A stretch of 64,000 bases of DNA from NCBI GenBank assembly GCA_039799965.1, contig JBDLRS010000092.1, positions 3,108-67,107 on the forward strand. Direction: 5' to 3'. How positions within the stretch are numbered: position 1 is the stretch's first letter; each line of letters starts with the position of its first letter. Below are positions 1 through 9,033 of the stretch, in pieces. Under the pieces are notes generated by a model. That model was not told where the DNA came from and made no database searches. It saw only the letters and a list, made by a program, of their open reading frames with translations. The translations under genes and the position numbers were made by a program. Source of the stretch: Pseudomonadota bacterium. GTDB lineage: Bacteria; Bdellovibrionota_C; UBA2361; OMII01.

Positions 1-1293
1 TCGAGCGGTTACCTTTCCGCGCAACCTTCGCCCAAGAAGGAAGAGGTCTCCGATAGCGTCTAAGACCTTGTGACGCACCGGCTCGTTCGGGTACCGCCAT
101 TCATCGTTGATAGCTCCCTCAGTTCCAATAAGGAGGAAGTTATCGAACCTACCACCGAGCGCAAGCCCTTGGCGTTGAAGATGTCCGACGTCTTTTACGA
201 AACTAAACGTTCTGGCCGCTGCTATTTGATCCCGGTACGAGGCCGAGTCGGTCAAGGTGAATGAGAACTGCTGCTCGCCAACAGGCTCAGGGTACCGAAG
301 GGTATAATCGACGCTGAACTGATCAGCGGGCTCAATGCGGATAGACTCCTTGCCATCCCCTACTTCGATAACTTTCTTAATATCGATCTCGTACCACTCA
401 CCATCCTGCTCAGTTAACCCCACCTCTTCAAAGAGGCGGCAGAACTCACGGGCGGAGCCGTCCATGACGGGAACCTCTCCGTTACACTTAATAAGAACGT
501 TCGAGATACCGTAGGCGCACAGCGCGGACATAAGGTGTTCAATCGTACCTGCTTGTGTCTGCCCAAGGCGAACGGTAGTGGCGAATCCGGTGGACTCAAC
601 AAAATCGACGTGGGCTGGAACAACGGTGGTCTCCGAAACTCCAACAAAATGGATACCGGAATTAGGGGGGAGTGGCTCAAGGATCAATCCGCTCTTGCGA
701 CCGGAGTGAAGTCCCTGACCGTACAAGATAGCAGCGTGCGAGAGGGTCTTCTGCGGCATAGCCCGACCACGAAGGGTCTGCTTTGTGAATACAACAGGAT
801 TGATCGTCACCGACTCACGAAGAGGCCCAACAGATGCCGGCTCTATCGCCTCCCATCGGGGCTCGTTGTCCAAGGCTGGGATCTCAGCTTGGTTGAGAAC
901 GCGACGAACGAGTTGAATCGTTCCGGAGAGATCAAGCGGCTTCTCAAGGAAGTCCATCGCTCCAAGGCGCGTCGCCGCGACGGCGGTCGAGATCGTGGCG
1001 TGACCACTAATCATTACAACAGGTAGGTCCTGGTGAATCTCTTTAATCTTTCTTAAGGTCTCCAGACCGTCCATCCCCGGCATCCAGATGTCGAGGAGCA
1101 CGAGGGCGGGACGGGTATTCATGAGGATCCGGATGGCCGACTCGCCATCCTCGGCGAGAACCACCGAGAAGCCCTCATCTTTGAGGACTCCCTCAAGGGA
1201 ACGACGGATACTCGCCTCGTCATCAACCACTAACACAAGTTGATTTGTGGCAGTGGCATCCTGATAGCTGTGCGGGTTTGCGAGGGTATGCAT
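1..1293 (-). CDS. lpxC: Response-regulator receiver domain fused to UDP-3-O-acyl-GlcNAc deacetylase LpxC (3' end runs off the window)
   Basis: Not in the ORF track. Hand translation of the minus strand from ATG 1293 is open to base 1. N-terminal REC: LVVDDE..LVLLDIWMPGMDG..VMISGH..DFLEKP. After a linker come LpxC motifs: QKTL..GQGLHSG, TIEHLMSAL, EVPVMDGSA, ARTF, GLALGG, RHKVLDAIGDL. Confidence 0.93.
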   Translation of the reverse strand, partial: MHTLANPHSYQDATATNQLVLVVDDEASIRRSLEGVLKDEGFSVVLAEDGESAIRILMNTRPALVLLDIWMPGMDGLETLRKIKEIHQDLPVVMISGHATISTAVAATRLGAMDFLEKPLDLSGTIQLVRRVLNQAEIPALDNEPRWEAIEPASVGPLRESVTINPVVFTKQTLRGRAMPQKTLSHAAILYGQGLHSGRKSGLILEPLPPNSGIHFVGVSETTVVPAHVDFVESTGFATTVRLGQTQAGTIEHLMSALCAYGISNVLIKCNGEVPVMDGSAREFCRLFEEVGLTEQDGEWYEIDIKKVIEVGDGKESIRIEPADQFSVDYTLRYPEPVGEQQFSFTLTDSASYRDQIAAARTFSFVKDVGHLQRQGLALGGRFDNFLLIGTEGAINDEWRYPNEPVRHKVLDAIGDLFLLGRRLRGKVTAR

Positions 1294-1535
1294 AATCGAC
1301 TGGCCCTTTGTTACTCTGTGTATCCTACCTGTCCCCCAGGTTTAACGCAAATTCTTGAAAAAACCGAGGTACTTAGCGTTGCTGCTCCCGCCCCGAACCA
1401 AAAGCTTCCAATCGTTCATGATGGTGGAGGGAGTGCCGATACACCACGGTACCAGTAAGCCACCACCGAGCGAAACCCGCCGTCGTTTCAAACCAGGCAT
1501 CGACCATACGGAAAGCGTCATCTTATTAGAGGGTT

Positions 1536-2471
1536 ATGCTATCAAAATTGTTCCGGCGCACAGTAAAGCAGAATGAAGAACACCCACCCCTTGCAGACGG
1601 GGTGCGGCAATCTATTGTCAGCTACCTCGGGATCAAATCATTACCGATTATGCCCAAGGTTGCGCAGCAGGCTTTTCAGCTCGCAACCTCACCCAATGCC
1701 GAACCCGAGGATTACATCGCAGTGGTAGAACGCGACGAGGGCCTCTCTGCCCGCGTGCTTAAGATAGCGAACTCGGTTTACTACAGCCGAGGATCGGACA
1801 GTAAAACGATCACGGACGCGGTTACCGTAATCGGTGTATCCGAGCTGCAATGTTTAATGAACGCGACCGCGCTCTCGAACTTCTTTCCCTCTCGACATCC
1901 TCTTCGCGCCCTCTTCTGGGCGCACGACATAGCGGTCGCCATAACCGCTCGAACGCTCGCCAACGCGCTTCGTCCGAACCAGGCGGATATGGCGTTCCTG
2001 GGAGGCTTGATGCACGACATTGGAAAACTTTTCATGCTACAGCAGCACACGACCAATTATGAAAAGGTAGTTGCTCGCGGATTTGAAGAGGGTCTCCAAT
2101 CGATCGATGGAGAGACGTTCGCGTATCCCTTCGACCACACCCAGGTAGGACATCTGATCGCCGAACGATGGCATTTCACCCCGGAGCTCACCGCGGTGAT
2201 TAGCAAACATCACAAATCATGGAGCGAAATTCCAAAGGACTCCGTTCTCGCGCTCGTCAAAATAGCCAACATCATCGCGCACACGCTGGCCCTCGGGGCT
2301 GGGCGAGAGGCGAATCAAGCGCGACGGATCTACGAGACGATGCTTCCCGAAGCATGGGAACACCTCGAAGTATCAGAGCCCCTTCGATCCGAGCTGCTCG
2401 ACAAAGCCGCCTCCGCGTTCGATCAGGAGCGCTCCATATACGAATCATGGAGTAACGGGTGCTATACGTAG
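1536..2471 (+). CDS. HDOD domain signal-transduction protein
   Basis: LP.MP..A, D..L.ARVLKIANS..Y, FW.H..AVA, GLMHDIGK and DH..VG..IAE.W motifs typical of HDOD. Confidence 0.9.
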   Translation: MLSKLFRRTVKQNEEHPPLADGVRQSIVSYLGIKSLPIMPKVAQQAFQLATSPNAEPEDYIAVVERDEGLSARVLKIANSVYYSRGSDSKTITDAVTVIGVSELQCLMNATALSNFFPSRHPLRALFWAHDIAVAITARTLANALRPNQADMAFLGGLMHDIGKLFMLQQHTTNYEKVVARGFEEGLQSIDGETFAYPFDHTQVGHLIAERWHFTPELTAVISKHHKSWSEIPKDSVLALVKIANIIAHTLALGAGREANQARRIYETMLPEAWEHLEVSEPLRSELLDKAASAFDQERSIYESWSNGCYT

Positions 2472-3757
2472 CAGGGATACTGGCGTTACTCCTGTGCGCT
2501 CTCGCCGCGTTGTATCTCGCAACGATCGCGCAACTCACTCGTATCGTAACATCGGCGGATGAAGAGACTCCGTACCCCCTATTTTCAGGGGCTTTTCGAT
2601 GGATTCCCCTCATCGGAGCAAAAACAGGCGAGCTCGAACGTCTTGTCGCTGACCTTCGACAATCCGACACCGACCATCGCACTCGATACAAGATCCTAAC
2701 GGAGAACGTAGCCGCGGCAGTGATGCTCCATGAGGAAGATGGCACGATCCTATGGTGCAGCCCCTTTACCGAGGTCATCACCGGATTTTCCCTCTCGGAG
2801 ATCTACAGAAACAAGAGCACCTTTCTGACGGCGAACGTTCAGGAGGAGGATCGGGAGATCGTCCAACGAGCACTTCAGATCGTCGCGACCGGTGAGCCCT
2901 TTCAGTGTCGATACCGCTTTTACCACAAATCAGGGATGGCTCTGTGGCTTGAGACGCGAACTGTTCCCATTCTTGACAACACCTCGAATGAGTATGTCGC
3001 GCTCTCCATCAGCATCGACGTAACGGCGCACGTCATGAATCAGTTGCAAGTTGAGGAGAGAAACAAGGACCTCAATGAGTTCACCTATATGCTCTCTCAC
3101 GATCTTAAGGCCCCGATCCTTACCGTTTCGGGAATGCTGGGCATCCTTGAGGAGGAGGAATCGATCAAGAGAAATCCGCAACTCGCGGAGCCCCTCTCGT
3201 ACATTCGAAAGGCGACTAAGCGATTGCAGGATCTCGTCTCGGGAGTGCTTGAACTGGCGCGCATCTCGGCGGCAGAACGAACGCTTGAGCCGATTCCTCT
3301 ACGCGACGTAATCAACGAGGTGCTTGAGGATCATCAACTACAGATTCAACAGAGCGAGGTGAAGGTCACTACTGTTGAGGAGCTGCCGGTGGTTTTGGGG
3401 AACAGAACCCAACTCTATCAGGTGTTCAGCAACCTTATCGGCAACGCGATTAAGTACAAGAATATCGATCGCCCTCTGGTGATCTCGATCGGGTCCGAAA
3501 AGGCGCTGTCGCGGCGTAAAACATCGATCGTGATATCTGATAATGGACGAGGTATTAGCTCAGACAAGATCGACTCGATCTTTAAACCGTTCAATCGCGC
3601 TGGAGAGGAGGCGATTGAGGGCACCGGAGTCGGTCTTGCATCGGTAAAGAAGCTTGTTGAAAAGCTTGGGGGAAGTATCAAGGTCGAGAGCGAAGATAAT
3701 CGGGGAACCTCGTTCACAATTGAGCTGCGAAAAGCGCCGGAGTCGGTGGGGGTGTGA
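2459..3757 (+). CDS. Membrane-anchored PAS-domain sensor histidine kinase
   Basis: N-terminal TM helix, PAS/PAC, H-box SHDLKAP, N-box NLIGNAIKY, DNGRGI, F.PF, GTGVGL. Confidence 0.93.
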   Translation: MLYVAGILALLLCALAALYLATIAQLTRIVTSADEETPYPLFSGAFRWIPLIGAKTGELERLVADLRQSDTDHRTRYKILTENVAAAVMLHEEDGTILWCSPFTEVITGFSLSEIYRNKSTFLTANVQEEDREIVQRALQIVATGEPFQCRYRFYHKSGMALWLETRTVPILDNTSNEYVALSISIDVTAHVMNQLQVEERNKDLNEFTYMLSHDLKAPILTVSGMLGILEEEESIKRNPQLAEPLSYIRKATKRLQDLVSGVLELARISAAERTLEPIPLRDVINEVLEDHQLQIQQSEVKVTTVEELPVVLGNRTQLYQVFSNLIGNAIKYKNIDRPLVISIGSEKALSRRKTSIVISDNGRGISSDKIDSIFKPFNRAGEEAIEGTGVGLASVKKLVEKLGGSIKVESEDNRGTSFTIELRKAPESVGV

Positions 3758-3790
3758 CATCTCTCTTCAAAGCCTGTCACGATCCCTTTA

Positions 3791-4582
3791 CTATTTCGTC
3801 GGGACCAGATCAGCCCCGTGCCCAAGGAATGAGAGCATCTCATTCACGATCGCGGTGAGCTCTGGCGCCCAAGTACGAGGGTCGGAGCGCATCTCCGTCG
3901 CTTCGGGGATGATCAAGGTGGTAGTATACCTCTCACCGTTCTTGAGTGACTCAACGGAGATCGACTCACTGGTTGCGTCATATGAGAAGAGAGCCGCCTC
4001 ACCCTCCGAGCGTCTAACCTGAGAAAGGTAGGCCTGCGTGAGCGGGTCGGTCGACCCGACAACGAAACTCAAGGTAGGCTTCCATGAGGCGATAAACCGC
4101 TCTCCGCTTACGACTGTGTGAACATACGAAACATAAAGGGCGCGAAGGTCTCGCTCCTGCGCTGGAGATATCTTTTCAAGCGATTCGATCTTCCACCGCG
4201 CCTGGAACTCCTGCTCGCACACATCCCACAATCGAATGCCCCGAAACTCTATGCGGCAGAGATCACCTTTGCCGATTGAGGATATCCACTGCGCACTCTT
4301 GAGCGCGTCATCTGGAACGATGTACGACGACAGCTCTCGCGCTTTGATGTTCGACCATTGAGCAAGAGCCTTTTGCTCCCCCATGCACTGCAGACACGAA
4401 AAAGGCGTACGGCCGCTATGATGCTTCTTGTCCCGCCCGCACGCTGGAAGAGCGCCGTCACACCGAAGCTGCGCCACATCTCCCCCCTGCTTATCCAGGT
4501 AGTTCGCGACGAGGTACATAAGACCACTTTCGCGATAAAAGGAACCATATGGGGAAAAGATCGCAAACTTCATAACGCACAC
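3791..4582 (-). CDS. Hypothetical protein with Cys motifs, resembling the N-terminal half of capsule-biosynthesis/GT-B-like proteins
   Basis: 263-aa ORF overlapping the upstream gene; RCDGALPAC...SCLQC motif. Family resemblance is tentative. Confidence 0.5.
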   Translation of the reverse strand: MCVMKFAIFSPYGSFYRESGLMYLVANYLDKQGGDVAQLRCDGALPACGRDKKHHSGRTPFSCLQCMGEQKALAQWSNIKARELSSYIVPDDALKSAQWISSIGKGDLCRIEFRGIRLWDVCEQEFQARWKIESLEKISPAQERDLRALYVSYVHTVVSGERFIASWKPTLSFVVGSTDPLTQAYLSQVRRSEGEAALFSYDATSESISVESLKNGERYTTTLIIPEATEMRSDPRTWAPELTAIVNEMLSFLGHGADLVPTK

Positions 4583-5427
4583 ACAGAAACAGGACGCTTA
4601 CTCACAGGGTCACGATACATGACATAGAAAGCGGTATGAGGGGTAAGTGAATCCGGCCCCACCGAGATCTTCTCCGCGCGGGAGAGTCCCCACAGACACT
4701 CATGCGGCGTCGTCTTCTTGAAGAGCGATTCCTCTAGGGGTATCTCCATCGCTGATTCAGGCGAGATATTCCCAACTGGGAGGGACTGCGCCTCCCCTCC
4801 CACTCCGTGGAATATAGCGGGCCGCATCGTCTCCTGTGTTGAATTGACCATGATGAGCGAGGTAGTGACGAACGCGTCCTGAACCCCGACTCCCACGAAA
4901 CTCCGACGACGCGCAGCGGCGAGCCGCTGCGAGAGTTCTCCTTGCGGCTCCATACTGATCGCCCCATCAACATCGGCAATGAAGGGAGCGCTGTAGTACA
5001 TGATCGATGTCTGAGGAGAGACGAGTTCAATTGCGGCTTGAGAGGAGAGAAGGTTCAGTCTCCCCTGTTGCGAAGAGAGCTGCATCTCTAACCCGAAGAT
5101 ACCTGATGCCTCGTTTCGAAGGGTCGGGAACGCCTCCTCAAGGCGAACCCCGTCGGGCTGATTGAGTCGCCCTCCATCGAGCATCACAGACCGTTTCTCG
5201 ATTCCCTTACCGAAGAGGGAGAGAACGCACGTTATCGGCTGATGACTCGTTGTGGATCCCGCGGTCGGAAAGAAATGTACACGGGTTTTAATGGATGATG
5301 TTGAGAGACAAAACATCACGGTCTTTACGGCGGTGGGAGCTGCGCGATCCATAGAGCCTCTATCCCCAAGAAAGTAAACAACGATATAGGTCCTGCTCAG
5401 GAGACTCACCGAGGATACGCTCGACAA
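4570..5427 (-). CDS. Hypothetical protein (true start probably near 5353)
   Basis: Long ORF in an operon-like arrangement with its neighbours; beta-rich sequence. Confidence 0.6.
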   Translation of the reverse strand: MSSVSSVSLLSRTYIVVYFLGDRGSMDRAAPTAVKTVMFCLSTSSIKTRVHFFPTAGSTTSHQPITCVLSLFGKGIEKRSVMLDGGRLNQPDGVRLEEAFPTLRNEASGIFGLEMQLSSQQGRLNLLSSQAAIELVSPQTSIMYYSAPFIADVDGAISMEPQGELSQRLAAARRRSFVGVGVQDAFVTTSLIMVNSTQETMRPAIFHGVGGEAQSLPVGNISPESAMEIPLEESLFKKTTPHECLWGLSRAEKISVGPDSLTPHTAFYVMYRDPVSKRPVSVCAL

Positions 5428-6079
5428 TGTGTCCCGCTATGGGCGATTGGAGCTTCCCGGATAATCGAACATAGGCTTGCACCGCGCCTTTCTCCCACAC
5501 CTTTTGATCAGCCGAGGACAAGAGCTCGTTCTCAAGCGAAAGCACACGACTTCCGTTGCCCGGCACCGTGAGGGTCCACTCAGGAGAGCGGTTGCCGTAG
5601 AACAATCGACAAGCGATCTGTCCCTCCTCCTCGCCTGCGTTCACGAGGACTACCATGTGCTCTCGGCGGCCCCCGATCACAACGGGAATGAACCTGTTCT
5701 CGCGGGAGGCGACCGGCACGGGATCTTGATAGAGCACAACGCTTGAGCCGACCGTTTGCCGGAAGATGTGTCGAGTGCCTTCCGGAGAGGTAACCTTCAG
5801 GTGACCGTGCGCCACTCCGCCTTGCATCTTAAGCGCCGCAGTGAACGGCTCAAGTTCAACGAACCCCACCTCGGAGCACGGGAACTCTACTTCAACCGAG
5901 TTCACCTGCGTTCCATCCATGTCGAAGATCTCAAGCTGAGTTTTGGCTCGCCCGTCTCCGGAGGTATCTCTCCCAGGAGCCACAAGGAGGGTACTGGAAT
6001 AGAGAGGAGGAGCAGCTACCCAAAAATGGCTGGTTGTCTCAACATCGCTCATGACTACGTAACCCCTAAAAGAGTCCAA
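5360..6079 (-). CDS. Hypothetical protein
   Basis: 239-aa ORF, first of three tightly packed minus-strand genes. Confidence 0.6.
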   Translation of the reverse strand: MDSFRGYVVMSDVETTSHFWVAAPPLYSSTLLVAPGRDTSGDGRAKTQLEIFDMDGTQVNSVEVEFPCSEVGFVELEPFTAALKMQGGVAHGHLKVTSPEGTRHIFRQTVGSSVVLYQDPVPVASRENRFIPVVIGGRREHMVVLVNAGEEEGQIACRLFYGNRSPEWTLTVPGNGSRVLSLENELLSSADQKVWEKGAVQAYVRLSGKLQSPIAGHIVERILGESPEQDLYRCLLSWG

Positions 6080-6209
6080 AGATTTTCGATTATCACCCGA
6101 GGTGTCTCGAGGGTGCCGTTCTCTGCGACAGGACGCACACGAACCTATCAGAAAAAAACTCTGGTTTACAGCTACTAAATGAGCAAACCTAACAAGATAC
6201 CAGGAAAAT

Positions 6210-6238
6210 CTAAAGAGCGGTGGCTGATTAGCCGATAC
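6210..6238 (+). promoter_or_regulatory. Candidate sigma-28 (FliA-type) promoter
   Basis: CTAAAG-N15-GCCGATAC, 34 bp upstream of ATG 6273; spacing is 1 nt longer than TAAA-N15-GCCGATAA. Confidence 0.35.
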
Positions 6239-6272
6239 TCAAGGTAGGAAAAGGAATTTCGGAAGAGCTGTC

Positions 6273-6542
6273 ATGAATAAAGAGATAGCAAAAGAGGCAA
6301 TGATGGTAGACCACGGCTACCGATCGCCGATCATTGTGGCGCTGGGAATGTTCATGATATTCCTGGCAGCCGCTGTCGTTCTGAACCGCACACTACCCCC
6401 AGAGTATCGGGCGTGCATACTCATGCCAGGCTTTTGCTCGGAGCGTAAAGAGGAGCACCGAAGCGCGCCTTTGGCAGATTTAAGCCGCCTACGACCCGGG
6501 CCGAAGTTCAACCTGTTCGCTCCTGCTCCGCGGCGTTATTGA
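6273..6542 (+). CDS. Small single-pass membrane protein
   Basis: 89 aa with one hydrophobic helix; purine-rich sequence upstream. Confidence 0.55.
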   Translation: MNKEIAKEAMMVDHGYRSPIIVALGMFMIFLAAAVVLNRTLPPEYRACILMPGFCSERKEEHRSAPLADLSRLRPGPKFNLFAPAPRRY

Positions 6543-7435
6543 ACCTTTACTACGGGACCTCCCCCTTCCTCTTTGATTCCAACCTCAGGCCCACTCAATA
6601 CCTTTGGAGCGGAAGATGTGCTCTTGGGTGCCACAGGTGCAGCGGGAAGCGCAGCGGCTGGGCTGCCTGGTACCGGAGCGATGCGGGGAATATCCCATCC
6701 CCCCTCCTCTTGACTCCAACGGCGTCGCGAGGTCTCGGTCGGATCAATCGATTGCGTCATGGTACCAAGGTGTCGAACCGGTATCCGCTCAAGGGAACCG
6801 GGCAGACTACCTCCACGAAGAAGCTTCGTCAGTTCAGGTGTCTTACTCATCTCAACAGAACCAGCAGAAAGCACAACCGATGTCGACGGATCGATCAGGC
6901 GCGCGTTCACATACACACGCTCAGGAGACGCTACATAGGTACCAACAACCACTCCGGCGAGATTTCTCTCCGGTCTCACCATCCCGACGTCCCGCGAAAG
7001 CGCGAATTCACCACCACGATCAAGGAACTGGAGAGCGTCGGTGTGACGAAGCTCGATAACGTCGAACCCCTTCATCGCTAGCTCGCTCATGAGCTGTTCA
7101 CCCACCATGCGACCGAAGGTGCTTGAAGAGTAGAGGTCATCGACGTTCACAAATGTGGTAACTCCGATCGGCCCAGGCGCTGAGCCGCGGTAGTGACGAT
7201 CTATCTGCGCCGCTAGCAGCGAGGTCTTGAAGCGACCAGGGCCGTAGTTGTCGTAATCTTTATTCGGAATGGGCCAGTAGGCTGGCATATCATCGTAGCG
7301 AGGACTGCATCCAGCGGCACCTGAGAGCAAAATACCGGTGCAAACGCCTAGAAGCTGGCATACTCTTTGAACTCTAGAGAGAAGTGTATGTCCGGTTTTC
7401 AGCCCTACTGGAGTAAACATAGTAACCTCATGCAA
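6536..7435 (-). CDS. FlgO-family outer-membrane lipoprotein
   Basis: Lipobox AAGC; VTTFVNVDDL..SSTFGR..GEQL.SEL...GF.VIELR and GEFALSRD..VVVGTY..VNARLI motifs of FlgO. Confidence 0.8.
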   Translation of the reverse strand: MHEVTMFTPVGLKTGHTLLSRVQRVCQLLGVCTGILLSGAAGCSPRYDDMPAYWPIPNKDYDNYGPGRFKTSLLAAQIDRHYRGSAPGPIGVTTFVNVDDLYSSSTFGRMVGEQLMSELAMKGFDVIELRHTDALQFLDRGGEFALSRDVGMVRPERNLAGVVVGTYVASPERVYVNARLIDPSTSVVLSAGSVEMSKTPELTKLLRGGSLPGSLERIPVRHLGTMTQSIDPTETSRRRWSQEEGGWDIPRIAPVPGSPAAALPAAPVAPKSTSSAPKVLSGPEVGIKEEGGGPVVKVQ

Positions 7436-8149
7436 TTAGCTTCATCCTTACAAACTTCAAACTGGATTCGGGGCGCTCTCCGTGTCGGTCTTTTGACACT
7501 CCCTATAATCTTATCCAGTTGCGCGATGCTCTTTCGCCACACGGGCGAGACTTGCACAACTCGTGCCTACGTACGAACAGACATACCCGCCTTCATAGAT
7601 CAGCGGTTTAAGGGTGGAGTGACCGCTCGCATGGCGGTTATTCCTTTTGTTACGCAGGCAAACTTTACCGCTCAAAACTCTGAGCTTCCAGGAATTAGCG
7701 ATCAACTCGGATGGACAACTCAACGAGAGCTGCTGGCCTATGACACGCTTCCGATTATTGAGGTATTCAATCGTCAAGACTGGCCAGGTAAGAAGGATGA
7801 CTTCTTTACCGGTAACTTTGGAGCGCTCTCACTCGCTCGCTCCGCGGGATACGACCTCGTACTCGTCGGATACCTTGAGCGACTCTCTCGGCTCGATGAG
7901 TGGACGATCCATACCAAGATTATCGATGTCGATTCCGGAACGACCCTATGGTACGGGACCTCACGCGTTGTCACGAACAGACACGATATGTTCGAGGTGA
8001 GCGGAACGTTTGGAATTACCTCTCAACGACCAGATATGCTCTACACCGAAGCGATGGTGACTGAAGCTGGAAGGTGCATCGCTCGTGATATCATGCACGA
8101 TCCCGCGGATGACCCGAGCTTCTGGTCTTTCCTTCCCTGGGTGTCGTAG
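7430..8149 (+). CDS. Lipoprotein with FlgO/CsgG/LpoB-like fold
   Basis: Lipobox LSSC; AVIPF, LARSAGYDLVLVG and KIIDVDSG..LW pattern. Start chosen at ATG 7430. Confidence 0.65.
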   Translation: MQLASSLQTSNWIRGALRVGLLTLPIILSSCAMLFRHTGETCTTRAYVRTDIPAFIDQRFKGGVTARMAVIPFVTQANFTAQNSELPGISDQLGWTTQRELLAYDTLPIIEVFNRQDWPGKKDDFFTGNFGALSLARSAGYDLVLVGYLERLSRLDEWTIHTKIIDVDSGTTLWYGTSRVVTNRHDMFEVSGTFGITSQRPDMLYTEAMVTEAGRCIARDIMHDPADDPSFWSFLPWVS

Positions 8150-8153
8150 GGGG

Positions 8154-8186
8154 GCTCCAAGAGCGGGGATGCCCCCGCTCTGGAGC
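8154..8186. terminator. GC-rich hairpin between convergent genes
   Basis: GCTCC-A-AGAGCGGGG-ATGC-CCCCGCTCT-GGAGC stem-loop between the stops at 8149 and 8204. Confidence 0.6.
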
Positions 8187-8203
8187 ACTACGCGAAATTT
8201 TGA

Positions 8204-8869
8204 CTACTTCTTTTTGGTGGCTTTCTTGGCGGTACGAACGCCGCTCGCTTTGCGAGCCACTCGCTTTGGGCCCGCGGAGCGAGTCGACGGAGCTTTACCA
8301 CCTCGCGTTACCGCGCTCTTGGTAGTGGCCGCTCTCTTCGCGGTAGCCTTTTTCAATTTCGGTGCTGGTTTTACGGGAACCTTCTTCGCGCTACTCTGGT
8401 TTGAGATCTCGTCGATAGCGGCCAAAACCTCCTCAGCGTGACCTTCGGGTTTTACGGTCTCGAATATCCGCGCGATCTTTCCTTCCTTGTCGACGAGGAA
8501 GGTCTTGCGGAAGATCCCTTGAAAGGTGCGCCCCATAAATTTCTTGGTTCCATGAGCGCCGTAGGCCTTAGCGACCTTAAAATCCGAGTCCGAAACAAGT
8601 GGTACCTTCAGGGAATACTTAGCGCAGAATTTAGCCTTGGTCCTCTCATCACCGCCCGAAACACCAACGACTCGAACGTCACGCGACGCGAACTTCTCGA
8701 TTAATTGAGAGAACTCCTTCGCCTCCAAGGTACAACCCGGCGTGTCATCCTTTGGATAGAAATAAAGTACGGTGTACTCTGCCTTCGACGTATCGAGCGA
8801 GTGCGCCTTTCCATCTTTATCTTTGAGCGAGAAACGGGGCGCTGGTTGGCCGACCTTTAAACTTGGCAT
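8204..8869 (-). CDS. bcp: Peroxiredoxin Bcp/PrxQ with a Lys/Ala/Arg-rich C-terminal tail
   Basis: YFYPKDDTPGCT.EA..F, R.TFLVD..G.I and VKPEGHAEEV motifs. Confidence 0.92.
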   Translation of the reverse strand: MPSLKVGQPAPRFSLKDKDGKAHSLDTSKAEYTVLYFYPKDDTPGCTLEAKEFSQLIEKFASRDVRVVGVSGGDERTKAKFCAKYSLKVPLVSDSDFKVAKAYGAHGTKKFMGRTFQGIFRKTFLVDKEGKIARIFETVKPEGHAEEVLAAIDEISNQSSAKKVPVKPAPKLKKATAKRAATTKSAVTRGGKAPSTRSAGPKRVARKASGVRTAKKATKKK

Positions 8870-9033
8870 GGGGAAGAAGCTCCTATAGAGTTAGACGATA
8901 TGCAGGGGGAGTATAGCCACGACGCGGGGTTTGCGGCAGCTCCTAAAGGAGAGATGGTGGAATAAGGCGAACGAGTGCAATCGCGCCCAGGCACCGGCTC
9001 AGACCACATATCGTAACGACCAACGCCTCTCCA

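Noticed and set aside
70-1026. ORF-track entries 70..264, 414..680 and 535..1026
   Set aside because: Antisense or out-of-frame shadows of the REC-LpxC gene.
1-1293. Sigma-54 activator (NtrX/NtrC) suggested by the N-terminal receiver
   Set aside because: No Walker A or GAFTGA motif follows the receiver; the downstream sequence is LpxC.
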